The notes beneath the pieces were generated by a model. It did no database searches and was not told the origin of the DNA. It saw only the letters and a list, made by a program, of their open reading frames with translations. A DNA stretch of 64,000 nt from Chiloscyllium plagiosum (lineage: Eukaryota), in the NCBI RefSeq assembly GCF_004010195.1, contig NC_057718.1:13557549-13621548 (forward strand), given 5' to 3'. The translations under genes were made by a program, and so were the position numbers. Positions 25,151 through 37,862 of this stretch are shown here, piece by piece (the stretch's first letter is position 1; the number at the start of each line of letters is the position of its first letter).

Positions 25151-25970
25151 ATTTTCTAAACAGAGAAAGGCTTCAGAATCCTAGTTCAGGATTCTCTAAT
25201 ATGCAAGTTCATTGACAGTAAGGCAAATGCAATGTTAGCATGCATTTCAAAAGGACTAGAATACAAAAGCAGAGATCTCCTGCTGAGGCTGAACAAGGAG
25301 TCTGGTCAGACTGCATTTGGAATACTGTGTGCAGTGTGGCCCTGTATCTCAGAAAAGATGTGCTGGCCTTGGAGGAGATCCAGAGGAGGTTTACAGCAAT
25401 GATTCAGGATGAAGGGTTTGTCATATTAGGTGCAATTGAGGACTCTGGATCAATAGGGGAGAGTGAGTGCTGGAGATCAGAGTCAAAAAGTGTGATTCTG
25501 GAAAAGCACAACCAGTCAGGCAGCATCCAAGCTGCAGGAGAGTCAATGTTTCGACCATAAGCTCTTCATCAGGAATGTCTCTGTAGTTTAGAAGATTGAA
25601 GGCAGACCTTAACAGAATACTGAGAGGGCCGGATAGAATGGGCATGGATAAGATGTTTCAACTAGTAGGAGAGACTAGGACCAGAGGACACAGCCTCAGA
25701 TTGAAGGAATAATCCCTTAGAACGGAGACGAGCAGGATTTCTTCAGTCAGAAGGTGGTTAACCTGTGAAACTCATGGCCTCTGCAATGGCCTATGGCAGA
25801 GTCATTGAGTGTATTTAAGACAGAGACAGATAGATTCTCGATTGGTGAGGGCATCCAGGGGAGAAGGCAGGAGAATGATCTTCAGATAAATATCGGCCAT
25901 GATCAAATGGTGGAGCAGACTCCATAGGCAGAGTGGCCTAATACTACAATTATATCTTATGGTTTAAATA
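25150..25970 (+). mobile_element. Old CR1 3' fragment with a short Penelope-derived insert (~25460-25575)
   Basis: YLRKDVLALEEIQRRFT motif. Confidence 0.78.
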
Positions 25971-26119
25971 TCACATTGCTGCCTGTTTGATCTTGTTGCA
26001 CACTCCAACATTACTATATGAATTGCAAAGTGCTTCAGATATCCTGTGGTTGAGAAATGCACAATGTAAAAGCAAGTCTTTTTTGGGTCGTAAATTTATG
26101 GTGATCAAATAACCAATAC

Positions 26120-26460
26120 ATAGAATCTCTACAGTGTGGAAACAGGCCATTTGGTCCAACAAGGCCACACCGACCCTCCAAAGAGTAACCCACCCAGATC
26201 CATTCCACTGCCCTATTACTCTACATTTCCCCTGACTAATGCACCTAACCTACACATCCCTGAATGCTGTTACCAATTTAGCATGGCCAATTTACCTAAC
26301 CTGCACATCATTGCACTGTGGGAGGAAAGTGGAGCACCCGGAGGAAACCCATGCAGACACAGGGAGAACATGCAAATTCCACACAGACAGTCGCTCGAGA
26401 CTGGAATTGAACCCGGGTCCCAGGTGCTGTGAGGCAGCAGTGCTAACCACTGTGCCACTA
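26120..26460 (-). mobile_element. HE1-type V-SINE
   Basis: tRNA-like head (gtggcacagtggttagcactg..gggttcaattcc), V-domain and CR1-like tail. Confidence 0.88.
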
Positions 26461-26469
26461 ATAGGGCAC

Positions 26470-26635
26470 AACCAAAGATATGCAGATTAGATGAATTGGC
26501 CATGCTAAATTGCTTGCAGTGTTAGGTGAAGGGGTAAGTGTAGGGTTGCTCTTTGGAGGGTCGGTGTGGACTTGTTGGGCCAAAGGGCCTGTTTCCACAC
26601 TAAGTAATCTAAATCTAAATACAGTTGTTTCTTTG
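26470..26635 (+). mobile_element. HE1-type SINE 3' half
   Basis: gaattggccatgctaaattg...gggcctgtttccacact..aatctaaatct. Confidence 0.8.
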
Positions 26636-26913
26636 AGGCAATTTGAGAATGTGACTAAAGTACTGAACAAAATAGAAATTATAAACTCGTATAAAATATT
26701 GTCCATTATACTCCATTTTGCATCAATACAATGCACTTAGAATTTTTTCTGGGGGGAGGGGGATGAGTAGAGAATTATAGGCATCGTATTCCAGAGCTGC
26801 AGTGCCTTCCAGTTCCTGCCGATGGTGTCACTGAGCATAATTATGATCAGCAGACCAGCAGCACCACCAGCAGGAACAAAATGGTATGACTGGATTGTTA
26901 AACACAGACTCAC

Positions 26914-26939
26914 CTTACTGGTAGCAAGTTTGTGTGAAT
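26914..26939 (-). pseudogene. 26-nt micro-exon (D)SHKLATSK
   Basis: tttcgtttgcAG acceptor, AG|GTgagt donor. Phase 1 to 0 exactly bridges the 30180 and 22835 exons. Confidence 0.6.
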
Positions 26940-27450
26940 CTGCAAACGAAATGGACCAAGTGCCTTATGCCATTAATTATGTTGCTCCAAACTTTCTTGG
27001 ACATCAGCATCTCACTGCTGTTACCCTCACGGAAGAAGTCAGAAGTTAATCATAGCTCCTGCTCCCAATTAACAAAGCAATGGCCATCGTTATTTTTCTG
27101 CTTCCACTCAAACATTGAACCAACAGCTCTGGAGGTTGGCTGTAGTACCACGGACCAATATTAAAAAGAATATTGGAACAGAAGTAGGCCATCAACCCCA
27201 TGCGCTTGTTTTGCCATATGTCTTAACTCCACGTACCTATGCTAGTTCTGCAACCCTGTCTAACAAAATGCTGCTAATCTCAGTTATAATATTTCAAATT
27301 AATCGTGCAGTTGCATGTTTTTGAGAAAGTTCTACATGTTCAAAATCCTTTGTGTAAAGAAATGTTTCCTGACATCACCTCTAAATGACCGTAATATTGA
27401 GGTTTTATCTTCCTGCTCAGGATTCACCACTTGGAAGAAACATTGTATCT

Positions 27451-28086
27451 TGTGATGATGCTGCTCCTTTAACAAGGTTAGGTTGCCCTTGGTTTATTTT
27501 TCAGAAGGTTGTAAAGACATTGACTCCAAAATGTTCAGGTTTGAATGGTTTTAGGGCCAATTTGATTATAGCTAACATATACTGCCTCAGGCAAAATCTT
27601 TTCAAGTTTTTTTAAAAAACTACTTGTACAATGAAAGGGGCATGGCCAGTTCTCCCAGTCCAGTTTTTCTCTGGTTTGGTTTCATTTTAGCAGTCTCGCT
27701 GTTCACTGAAAGCAGTCAGTTTTGAAGCAGGTCCATGCTGATCCTCTCTCTCTCTCTGACATCTCTCCTCTAAGATCCTGTGTTTGATTTTTCCTTTTGT
27801 CAAGGAGTGTTTATGGGAATTGTTGCATGTATTTGGAACAGCATCATTAAATTGGGATAGTCTGTTAGGTTTTCTGATAGGATAAGTTATTCGGTATTCT
27901 GTTCTATTTTGTTTGTGTTTCATTCAGTAATCTTGTAAATAAATTCTGTTTTGTTTGAAACTAAGTGGTTTGACCAGCTGCATCACTCCTGGAATATCCA
28001 CAATGCACCTGCATAAACAACTAGCAAAGTTAGGGTCTGGGCTACTTTCTTGAAATGTTTTAAGGAGGTCTGGCCTAGTCCATAAT
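27451..28086 (+). mobile_element. Solo LTR, copy 1
   Basis: TG start, AATAAA at ~27938, 5-bp TSD tatct (27446-27450 and 28087-28091); reverse complement of the two downstream copies. Confidence 0.8.
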
Positions 28087-29000
28087 TATCTGTAGCTAAA
28101 ATATCAAATCCTTCAATCATCTAGGAGAACCCATAATCAGATCACACATTAATTTCCTAGATTAAATAAACTACAAGAACAGAGCAGCTTTATTTTGCAG
28201 GGTTTGGGACTCTTAGGAGAACTTGGGACAGACCACACATGAAACTTGCCTACTGACCTGAATATGCAATTCTTGATCAAGATTGGGAAATTATCCAAGT
28301 AAGTTGGATCTTTCTTTTCATCAATGCAGTGCTGCAGACTTGGGAGTTAACTGAGAAATATAGTGACACCTACGGACTTTACAAATCCAAACAAAAACAT
28401 ACTTTTATACCGGTGACCACCTGAAATCATGCCATTAAAAGGATGAGCTGCTTTTCCTACACAATCCAACATGCAGAAGCATACGTCTGAAACTACATGT
28501 CCTCATAAATAACAAATGTTTGTGTTAATGTTTCATTATATTTTTCATCTCAGTGGTGTATTTCCAAATAGGTGATTTTAGACTAACATTTCATTCTCAA
28601 ATTCTCTGCCCAAAGACAGTTTGATCCACAGCCCCACAATCTCTATCAAGCATAGACCAAGAAAGCAGTCTCAAATCCATCCCAGCTGGAATGGGAATCA
28701 AACCTAGTGCTGGTACCAATCTGAACCACACCAGTTCTCCAGCCAGTACAAATCCACTCTTCAAAGAGCTGTTGCTGTGAGAAACACTTTAACATTCATG
28801 CTGTGGCCTGGAGCTATGGGTGGTAATGGTAGGAGACTCAAGTTTTTTTTCTATCACATGGCTAACCAGGAATCTCTATTGCTATTATTGCTGTCATTAG
28901 CTTGTACTAGAAGAATTTACAGGTTGATGCTCAACCTGTTCAGTGAGCATACTTTCTTTGGCTATGAACATCTGGAGTGGGATTTGAAATTCTGGCTCAG

Positions 29001-29540
29001 TATTATGGACCAGGCGAGGCCCCCTCAAAACATTTCAAGAAAGTAGTCCATACCCTAACTTTGTTTTGAGCAGGTGTAGCATAGATATTGCAAAAAGAAG
29101 AATAAACTACGAAATAACAACCGCTCTGAAAACCCAACAGATCATCCCAATCTAATGATGTTGTTCCAAATACTTGCAACAATCCCAAGAAACACCCCTT
29201 GGCGCAAAAGGTAAAATCAAACAGGGTCTTACAGGATAGAAGTCAAAGAGAGAGTACCAATGTGGGCCTGCTTCTTTGAATCCAGCAGCTTTTTCCCCCC
29301 ACTTAAAACCCAAACGAAACCAGAGTAAAGCTGAGCTGGGAGAAATGGCCACTCCCCTTTCATTGTACAAGTATTTTTTTAATCTTGAAATGCTTTTGCC
29401 TGAGGCAGCATCTGTTAGTGAAAATCAGATTGGCTCTAAAACCCTTCAAACCTAAACCTTTTAGAATCGCTACTTTAATTACCTCTCTGAAAAAAAAGCC
29501 AAGGACAACATTACCTTGTTAAAGGAGCAGCATTGTCACA
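29001..29540 (-). mobile_element. Solo LTR, copy 2 (internal deletion)
   Basis: Ends ttgtcaca; 5-bp TSD ctcag (28996-29000 and 29541-29545). Confidence 0.82.
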
Positions 29541-30179
29541 CTCAGAGGTGGGAACATTTCCACTTGAGGCACAACCCCACTGCGTAACACATGTAGCATA
29601 TTTTATAGAATAGAAATACAAAATACATAAACAACAAAAACAATCTAACCATCTTGTTAACCACAGAACTAAATTTAAGCAAATTTAGTTACTGGCCTTT
29701 GAACCAGTGGTATATTATTCTTCTCACCCACACAATCTATAATGTAAGTACCCAAAATTAAGTTCGATTTCTCCTTTACCACTGTTAAATCACAATTTTA
29801 CAATCCTCTAGTTTAATATTTATTTGCAAAATTTCAGAAGAAAACCCTGTGCCAAAAATTTCTTTTTAATGAAAGTTTTGTCAAATCTGTTCAATTAATT
29901 AAAGATGCAAACAATTCAGCACAAGTCTCTCAATCAGTTCAGATAAATCTGCAACTTGACAACAGAAGTGAGAATTTGAAGGTTTAAAAATATTAGTTTT
30001 ATCCTTTGCACTTAGTCCAATTTGCTATTACTCCATGAAATTCAAATTCACAGAAGATGCTACATATTTGTGAGCAGTTAACCCTTTTATCCATAAATTA
30101 AATAAGTAAATGACATTCCATGGTCCTGCATTACAAAACCACAGAATGGGCCAAAAGCATCTGGAAAAACCCTTACTAC

Positions 30180-30342
30180 CTCCAAATGGCGCTTTAGTTG
30201 AAAACACATGCAGCTTGCATTGCTCATGTTCTGACCTTAGAATCATCTGATACACCAGCTATTCAAACAGGATATCATTGACAGCAAGATAAAAGACAGA
30301 GGAGATAAAAAGGGAGAGTTTGCAGATAATTTATCTTTGTAG
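30180..30342 (-). pseudogene. Pseudo-exon LQR*IICKLSLFISSVFYLAVNDILFE*LVYQMILRSEHEQCKLHVFSTKAPFG
   Basis: ctgtattacAG acceptor, GTagta donor, 163 nt (phase 0 to 1), two stops. Resembles DNAH6 KRHYCMRLTCFIRLNDYLI (from memory). Confidence 0.6.
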
Positions 30343-30395
30343 CTGTAATACAGGAAGATCTCCATAGTTTTGACAGCTAAATCGATGAATTTTAC

Positions 30396-30479
30396 CTGGT
30401 ATCATATAACAGCTGACAGTTTGATCTCAGGGGCAGCATCAAATATTCAGTCCATCCAGTATTTTGTAAAACCAGCTCA
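30396..30479 (-). pseudogene. Pseudo-exon *AGFTKYWMD*IFDAAPEIKLSAVI*YQ
   Basis: Poly-T plus AG acceptor, AG|GTaaaa donor, 84 nt. Three stops in the phase-consistent frame. Downstream intron is only 53 nt. Confidence 0.45.
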
Positions 30480-31630
30480 CTTAAAAAAAACGCCTTAAAG
30501 TACTTCAGTCTCACTTTGGGTCATATTTTAAAAGAAAAATATATAAGGCAATTGTATGTGAGTGGAACTGATAAATAGAAGAGGGACGATCACCTTATTG
30601 GGATTGTATTATTGACTCCTCAATAGCATTTGTGTGCTAGTGTTATGTTTCACACAGAGTACCTCCAAGTTCCTTTGTGTTGCAGTTTTCTGCAGTTTTT
30701 CTCCATTGAAATGATACTCTTTTGTTCTCCCTTCCAAAACGACCTTCACGTTTTCCCACATTATACCCCGTATGCCAATTTTCTGCTCACTTTCTTAGCC
30801 TATGAATATCTCTTTGCAAACTGTTTGTATCCCACTCGACCTGCCTTTCCACATATCTTTGAGTCATCTGAACATTTTGGGTACAGTGCCTTTGTTTCCT
30901 TCCTCCAATTTATAAACATATGTTATCAATAGTTGCGGTCCTAGCCCTGATCTGAGTAATGTCCCAAGTCCCCGAAAAAACCATATCCCACTCACTGTTT
31001 CCTATCCATTAGCCAATTCTCTATCCATACAATTTAATGATCGATTCTGTCTCTAATGGTTCAGTCTATGTACTGACAATTAACATGGCCACCTCTAATG
31101 CTCAGCAGTCTGCATCATAACTAGAAATGCAAGACTAAGTTAGGAAAGGTGAAATTAGCGCACTAGTTGTTTCAGACTTGAATGCAAGAAAACCTGGCTC
31201 TCAGTCAGCTAAACTACATGTCATGTCATCAAAATACCTTGAACCCCAATCAGTATGCAATTCCCAAGATGTACCTAACCATATTAATAAGTACCAGTGC
31301 ATTTTATGATAAATACTATATTAAAAAATTTAAACATTCAGAGCAAGTACAAATTCCCCTCTCTCTGAAGAAAATTAAAATATATAAAGCACCAAAATCA
31401 ATTATAAAACTTCAGATATAATCAGACATATCAACTCCACATCAGATGTTTTTCTCCTACCTCCATCCACAATTTAGTACCCCGAGATAAAGCCTCTTCA
31501 GTTCGAATAAATGCCAAGAAGTTTGAAATGTCAGACAGTGTTACTCTTTCCTAAGAGGGCAAAAAGAAATTGAGATTTGTTTTTATCTTTGGTAGCAGAA
31601 ACTACATCTTAACTGCATTACAATGACAAG

Positions 31631-32240
31631 TGTTATGGACCAGGACAGACCCTCAAAACATTTCACAAAGGTAGCCCAGACCCTAACTTTGTTAGTTGTT
31701 TTAAGCAAGTGTAACACAGATATTCCAGGAGAAATGCTGCCGGTCACACCACTTAGTTTTAAACAGAACAGAATTTATTTACAAGATTACTGAATGAAAC
31801 ACAAAGACAGAATACCGAATAACTTAACCTCTCCAAAAACCCAACAGATCATCCAAACTTAATGATGCTGTTCCAAATACTTGCAGCAATCCCCAGAAAT
31901 ACCCCTTGGCACAAAAGGCAAAATCAAACACAGGTCTTGCAGGACAGAAGTCAGAGAGAGAGTACCAACCTGGACCTGCTTCTTTGCGTCCAGCAGCTTT
32001 TTTCCCACACCACTTAAAACCCAAACCACCAGAAAAAAGCTGAGCATGGAGAACTGACCACTCCCCTTTCATTGTACAAATGTTTTTAAACCACCTGCCT
32101 GAAGCAGCATCCGTTAGCTATAAACAAATTGGCCCTAAAACCCTTCAACCCCTGACTTTTCGGAGTCTGTGTCCTTTATAAACTCTGCGGAAAAAATGCC
32201 AAGGACAGCATAACCTTGTTAAAGGAGCAGCCTTGTCACA
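31631..32240 (-). mobile_element. Solo LTR, copy 3
   Basis: tgttatgg...ttgtcaca (TG..CA) termini; homologous to copies 1 and 2; no clean TSD. Confidence 0.8.
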
Positions 32241-33370
32241 CAACTTACAAACTAGAACAATTGTTTTAAGCAGAAAAGTAAAATTACAGATTCCACATTT
32301 TGCCTTAAATCTGGAATATCAAATCCTCAAAATCAAAACAGATCAACAGGGGAGATGGAATTTCATCCAAAGAAACAAGGTAATATGGCCGGGGACAAAA
32401 TTAAGAGATGACTAGAACTGAGACACTTTTACCTCCCAATACTATGACTTTTCAAAATACTGACAAGACGAGGGGAAGACAATGGTGTCATGATAATATC
32501 ATTGGACTAGGAATCCTGAGGTCCAGAACAGTGCTCTGGGAAAACTGGTGCAATTTGAATTCAATTAATTGAGATCTGGATCTAAAGGCTGGTACCATAA
32601 ATAGAGACCGTGATCTACTGTTAACAACTCAACTAGTTCATTCATGCTCTTGGCTGGTATGACCTTAGTGTGACTCCAGACCCAAAACGTGTGATTGACT
32701 CTCAACTATCCTATGAAATGGCCAAGGAAGTTCAAGGGCAATGAAGGGTGAGCAAAAAATGCTGGCTTCCCAGAGACAGCCACATTGCATGAAAGAATAA
32801 AGAGAAAAATGCAAGCCGAGATTTCATTCCAGAGCTTTATATTCTACTCTAGATAGAACAGGATCCATACAAGTTACCCAGTTACGAATCCTCTGGGCTT
32901 TCAAATCCCATCATTTCAATATCTTACTAGCTTGAATCACTTTAGCCCGCTGCTGAAATTTTAGGCTTGATATGCCTTCCTCATTTTTCCTTTTACCTCT
33001 GTCCAGAAATATTACCAAAAGAAAATGCCTCAAATATTCTATATTTTGAAAAATTATACATTGAAAGATTGCTTAGTTCAACAATTGCCTGAAGTCCCGT
33101 AAAGTCATGCCCATCATTCTTGATGCAGGTGTTACTGCATAAGCCAGCATTCATTGCCCTTGAGGAAGTGGTGGGAAGCTGCCTTCTTGAACTGCTGCAA
33201 TCCATTTTGTGGTGCATACACAATGGTTCGGGAGTGATTCCAGATTTTGACGTACCAATACTGAAGGAACTGTGAGATATTTTCAAATCAGGGTGGAGGG
33301 GAACTTGCAGGGGGTAGAATTCCAATGTACCTGCTTTGTGGTGTTATGTGGTGTTATCCAATGTTTGTGG

Positions 33371-34710
33371 AGAAAGTGATGCTGGAGATCAGAGCTGAAA
33401 ATGTGTTGCTGGAAAAGCGCAGCAGGTCAGGCAGCATCCAGGGAACAGGAGAATCGACGTTTCGGCCATAAGCCCTTCTTCAGGAATGAGGAAAGTGTGT
33501 CCAGCAAGCTAAGATAAAAGGTAGGGAGGAGGGACTTGGGGGAGGGGCGTCAGAAATGCGATAGGTGGAAAGAGGTCAAGGTGAGGGTGATAGGTCAGAC
33601 TGGGATGGGGGCGGAGAGGTCAGGAAGAAGATTGNNNNNNNNNNNNNNNNNNNNNNNNNNNNNNNNNNNNNNNNNNNNNNNNNNNNNNNNNNNNNNNNNN
33701 NNNNNNNNNNNNNNNNNNNNNNNNNNNNNNNNNNNNNNNNNNNNNNNNNNNNNNNNNNNNNNNNNNNNNNNNNNNNNNNNNNNNNNNNNNNNNNNNNNNN
33801 NNNNNNNNNNNNNNNNNNNNNNNNNNNNNNNNNNNNNNNNNNNNNNNNNNNNNNNNNNNNNNNNNNNNNNNNNNNNNNNNNNNNNNNNNNNNNNNNNNNN
33901 NNNNNNNNNNNNNNNNNNNNNNNNNNNNNNNNNNNNNNNNNNNNNNNNNNNNNNNNNNNNNNNNNNNNNNNNNNNNNNNNNNNNNNNNNNNNNNNNNNNN
34001 NNNNNNNNNNNNNNNNNNNNNNNNNNNNNNNNNNNNNNNNNNNNNNNNNNNNNNNNNNNNNNNNNNNNNNNNNNNNNNNNNNNNNNNNNNNNNNNNNNNN
34101 NNNNNNNNNNNNNNNNNNNNNNNNNNNNNNNNNNNNNNNNNNNNNNNNNNNNNNNNNNNNNNNNNNNNNNGAGGACCAGTGGGGTTCTGTCCTGGTGGCG
34201 GTTGGAGAGGCGGGGCTCAAGGGCGGAGGAGCGGGAAGTGGAAGAGATGCGGTGGAGGGCATCGTCGACCACGTCGGGGGGGAAATTGCGGTCCTTGAAG
34301 AAGGAGGCCATCTGGGTTGTACGTTTTTGGAACTGGTCCTCCTGGGTGCAGATGCGGCAGAGACGAAGGAATTGGGAGAATGGGACAGCGCTTTTACAGG
34401 GGGCAGGGTGGGAGGAGGTGTAGTCCAGGTAGCTGTGGGAGTCGGTTGGTCAGCACCGCCTTCCTAACCTGCAATCTTCTTCCTGACCTCTCCGCCCCCA
34501 CCCCAGTCTGACCTATCACCCTCACCTTGACCTCTTTCCACCTATCGCATTTCCGACACCCCTCCCCCAAGTCCCTCCTCCCTACCTTTTATCTTAGCCT
34601 GCTGGACACACTTTCCTCATTCCTGAAGAAGGGCTTATGGCCGAAACGTCGATTCTCCTGTTCCCTGGATGCTGCCTGACCTGCTGCGCTTTTCCAGCAA
34701 CACATTTTCG
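33371..34710. mobile_element. Young Penelope-like element with inverted arms and a 16-bp target-site duplication
   Basis: ~33397-33634 is the near-perfect reverse complement of ~34472-34709. tatccaatgtttgtgg occurs at 33355-33370 and 34711-34726. Minus ORF MASFFKDRNFP is PLE-like. Confidence 0.88.
33635..34170. other. Assembly gap
   Basis: N run. Confidence 1.
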
Positions 34711-34726
34711 TATCCAATGTTTGTGG

Positions 34727-35660
34727 TGGTTATGATGTTTAAGGAGAATTTCTGCAATGCATCTTCAAGATGGTACACACTGCTGCTACTGACTGTTGAT
34801 GGTCAAGTAAGTAAATGTTTGTAGATGTGGCTGCTTTATCCTGGTGGTGTCAAGCTTCTTCAAATGTTGCTGGAGCTGCACTCCTTCAAGCAATTAACTT
34901 GTGCCTTGTAGATAGCAGGTCAGCATTGAGGAGTCAGGTTGCGAGTTACTCACTGCAGGATCCCTAACCTTGGACCTGTTCTTGTAGCCACTGCATTTAT
35001 ATTGGCTAGTCCAGTTCAGTTTCTGGTAACCCCGGGATTTTGATGATGGGGGATTCAATGATAGTAATGCCATTGAATATTAAGACGCTGATGGTTAGAT
35101 TCTCACTTGTTGGGATTCTCATTACCTGACACTTGTGTGGGAATAATGTGACTTGCCAGTTGAAATCTGAATGTTGTCCAGGTCTTGCTGCATTTGGACA
35201 TGGACTGATTCAGAATCTGGGGAGTGACAAATGTTGCTGATCATTCTGCCATCAGTAATCACTTGCATTTCTGACCTTATGATGATGAGAGGCTAACTGA
35301 TGAAGCAGCCAAACATGGTTGGGTGAGAAATTCCTGTAGAAAGAGGTCCTAGAGGTGAGATGACTGGCGCCCAAAATCATAACCATCTTCCTTTGTGCAA
35401 GATACAACTCCAACTCGCAGAGTGTTTCCTCTCTCCAGACCTCTACTGATTCGAGCTTTGCTAGGATTCCTTGATGCCACATTCGGTCAATTATGCCAAG
35501 GGCACATGCTCACCTCTCCTCTAGAATTCAGCTCTTTTATCTACGTTTGAGCCAAAGTTGTAATGAGGTCAGGAGCCGAGTCACCCTGTTTGATCACAAA
35601 CCCGGTATCAGCGAGTAGGTTATTGCTAAGCAACTGCTGCTTGACAGTATTGCTGATGAC
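34727..35660 (-). mobile_element. Old L2/CR1-clade LINE RT fragment; continues at 33110-33354; related pieces at ~21380-22350, 40000-40530, 52000-52600
   Basis: WHQGILAKLES..LELYLAQRKMV motif. Confidence 0.7.
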
Positions 35661-36939
35661 ATCTACATTACTTTACTCCAGCCCTTCGAGCCTGCTCCAT
35701 CACTCAATACTCAATCCCTGCTCCACTTTCTCCCTAAACCCCTTAATTCTTTCAGTATGAAGAACTATAGCTAACTCAGCCTTGAAAACTTTAATGTTTT
35801 GGCCTCAGACAGAAAGTGCTGGAGAAACGCTGGAAGCATCGTTAGAGAGATAAGCAGAGTTGATGCTGTGATTTTTGAAGGAGTCCAGTGACCCTTAGCC
35901 AATTCAAGTCTCTTTTCATACGTCAATCTTGCCATCCAGAAATCAGTCGAGTAAACCTTTCTTGTAGTCCTTCCATCGTCAAAACACATTTCCACAGATG
36001 AGGAGACCAAAACTGCACATAATTCTCCAGGAGTGGTCCCTGTACAATTGTAGCAAAACATCCATGCTCCAGTATTTGAATGCTCTTGCTATGGAGAGCA
36101 ACATACGATTGGTTTCTTTCTTCACCTGCATGCTTACTTTCAGCAACTGGTATACAAGGCCAGCCAGGTAAATGATCAGCAAATATAGTAGACAACACTA
36201 TCAATGGGTATGCCCTATCCCACCAGCACAGAGCCAGCAGAGATGGAAGCAGTTTGTTATACAGTTAAGAAACTGCAGCCATGGGAGTCCTTAGCATTGA
36301 TTCCATATGCCATGAAATCTCATGACATTAGATATGTAAATCTCCAACTGATTACCACATTCTACCCCCAGCCTTTGTCGATGATTCAATACTCCTCCAT
36401 ATCAAACATCTACATTTCTATAATGTTTTCTGCCGTTGCACAGACCTCCACTGTCCACAAGTGACATGGTTTCTGCAAACAGATGTCAATGCATTAGAAT
36501 GCTGATTGGTGTACATAGAACCTCCAAACACAATTTAGATAGAATGTTATTGAACTAAGTTGCAAACCTAAAAACAATCTAAATGAAAAGTCCACTCATA
36601 CTGCACAAACCTACTCACTCCAAAGCCAAGCTTCAAACACAAATTTACTTCACGTACCAAGACAATCCACCAGTTATGAACTAAAAAACAGAAACTCTAA
36701 TTCTCAACAAATAATATTAAAAATACATATCTCAGTTGACAATAAAAAGTCCTTTTAAACTTATGGCGATTTGGGAGAATTGAAGGGTGTTTCATAGGAC
36801 AGTTAAGTGCCAATCTAACTCTAAAGTCGCACGCAGGCCAGATCAGGTAAGGATCACAGATATCCTTCCCTAGAAAGAACATTAATAAACCAATCTGGTT
36901 TACACAACAATTGACAATGATTGCATTGTACTTTCGGTC

Positions 36940-37285
36940 ATAGAGTCATAGAGATGTAGAGCATGGAAACAGACCCTTCGGTCTGACTTGTCCTTACCGA
37001 TCAGAATCCAGTCCCATTTGTCAGCATCTATCCCATATTCCTCCAAACCCTTCCTATTCATATACCCAGTCAGATGACTGTTAAATGTATACCAGCCTCC
37101 AACACTTCCTTTGGCAGTTCATTCCATACATGCACACCCTCTGTGAGAGCAAGTTGCCCATTCGATTCCTTTTAAATCTTTCCTTTCTCATCCCCAAACC
37201 TACACCCTCTGTCTCTGGATTCCCCCACCCCAGGGTGAATACCCTGCCCATTTACCTTATCACGCCCCTCATGATTTTATAAATC
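36940..37285 (-). mobile_element. CR1 3' end nested in a SINE
   Basis: Reverse complement of the CR1 3' UTR (gtcatagagtcatagagatg tail). Confidence 0.88.
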
Positions 37286-37862
37286 TAAGATTTTAGAATT
37301 CAAATTCCACTATATGCTGTGGTATGATTTGAACTCGCGTCCCCAGAGCATTTCCTGTGCCTCTGGATTGTCTCTGTTCAGTGACAATATTGCTACATTA
37401 TTGCCTCCCCTGTATACTGAGATTAAATGTTTTCTAACATACTACTGAACTTGAATTTCAGACAAGATTATAAAGTGTGCAGCTACTTTAACTAGAAGTT
37501 TAATTAGAAATGGAACTTGGTTTATTAAATCTCCTCAAAAGGATGACTCTCATTGCCAATTGTATTTCAAAACAAAAAGCAGCACATTGGTTTTTCGCTA
37601 CAATCATTAAGTTTGTTCTAAACACAAAATGAGAAACTTTATATCTTACTTTAAAGCTGAGCAAGCAGCAAGCCATTAACTCAACTGAGAGATCGACTTC
37701 ACCTTAGCTTTTATCTTGTAGCACTTACGCTGATAATTGAGACAACCAGACATGAAACTTAACACTTCAGCATTTATTTCACTTAAACAATTTTGTTGCA
37801 TTTCTTGTGAATTTGCGCTGACTGGACTATCCTGTGATCTTGGGCGAAGTTGACAATATTAG

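Noticed and set aside
29001..32240. Full-length LTR element bounded by copies 2 and 3
   Set aside because: Copy 2 has its own TSD, and the interior holds host pseudo-exons rather than gag/pol.
33536..34467. Long ORFs of about 220-305 aa here and at 45930-46847 and 53272-54103
   Set aside because: Their length comes from reading through N gaps; the real parts are Penelope or CR1 sequence.
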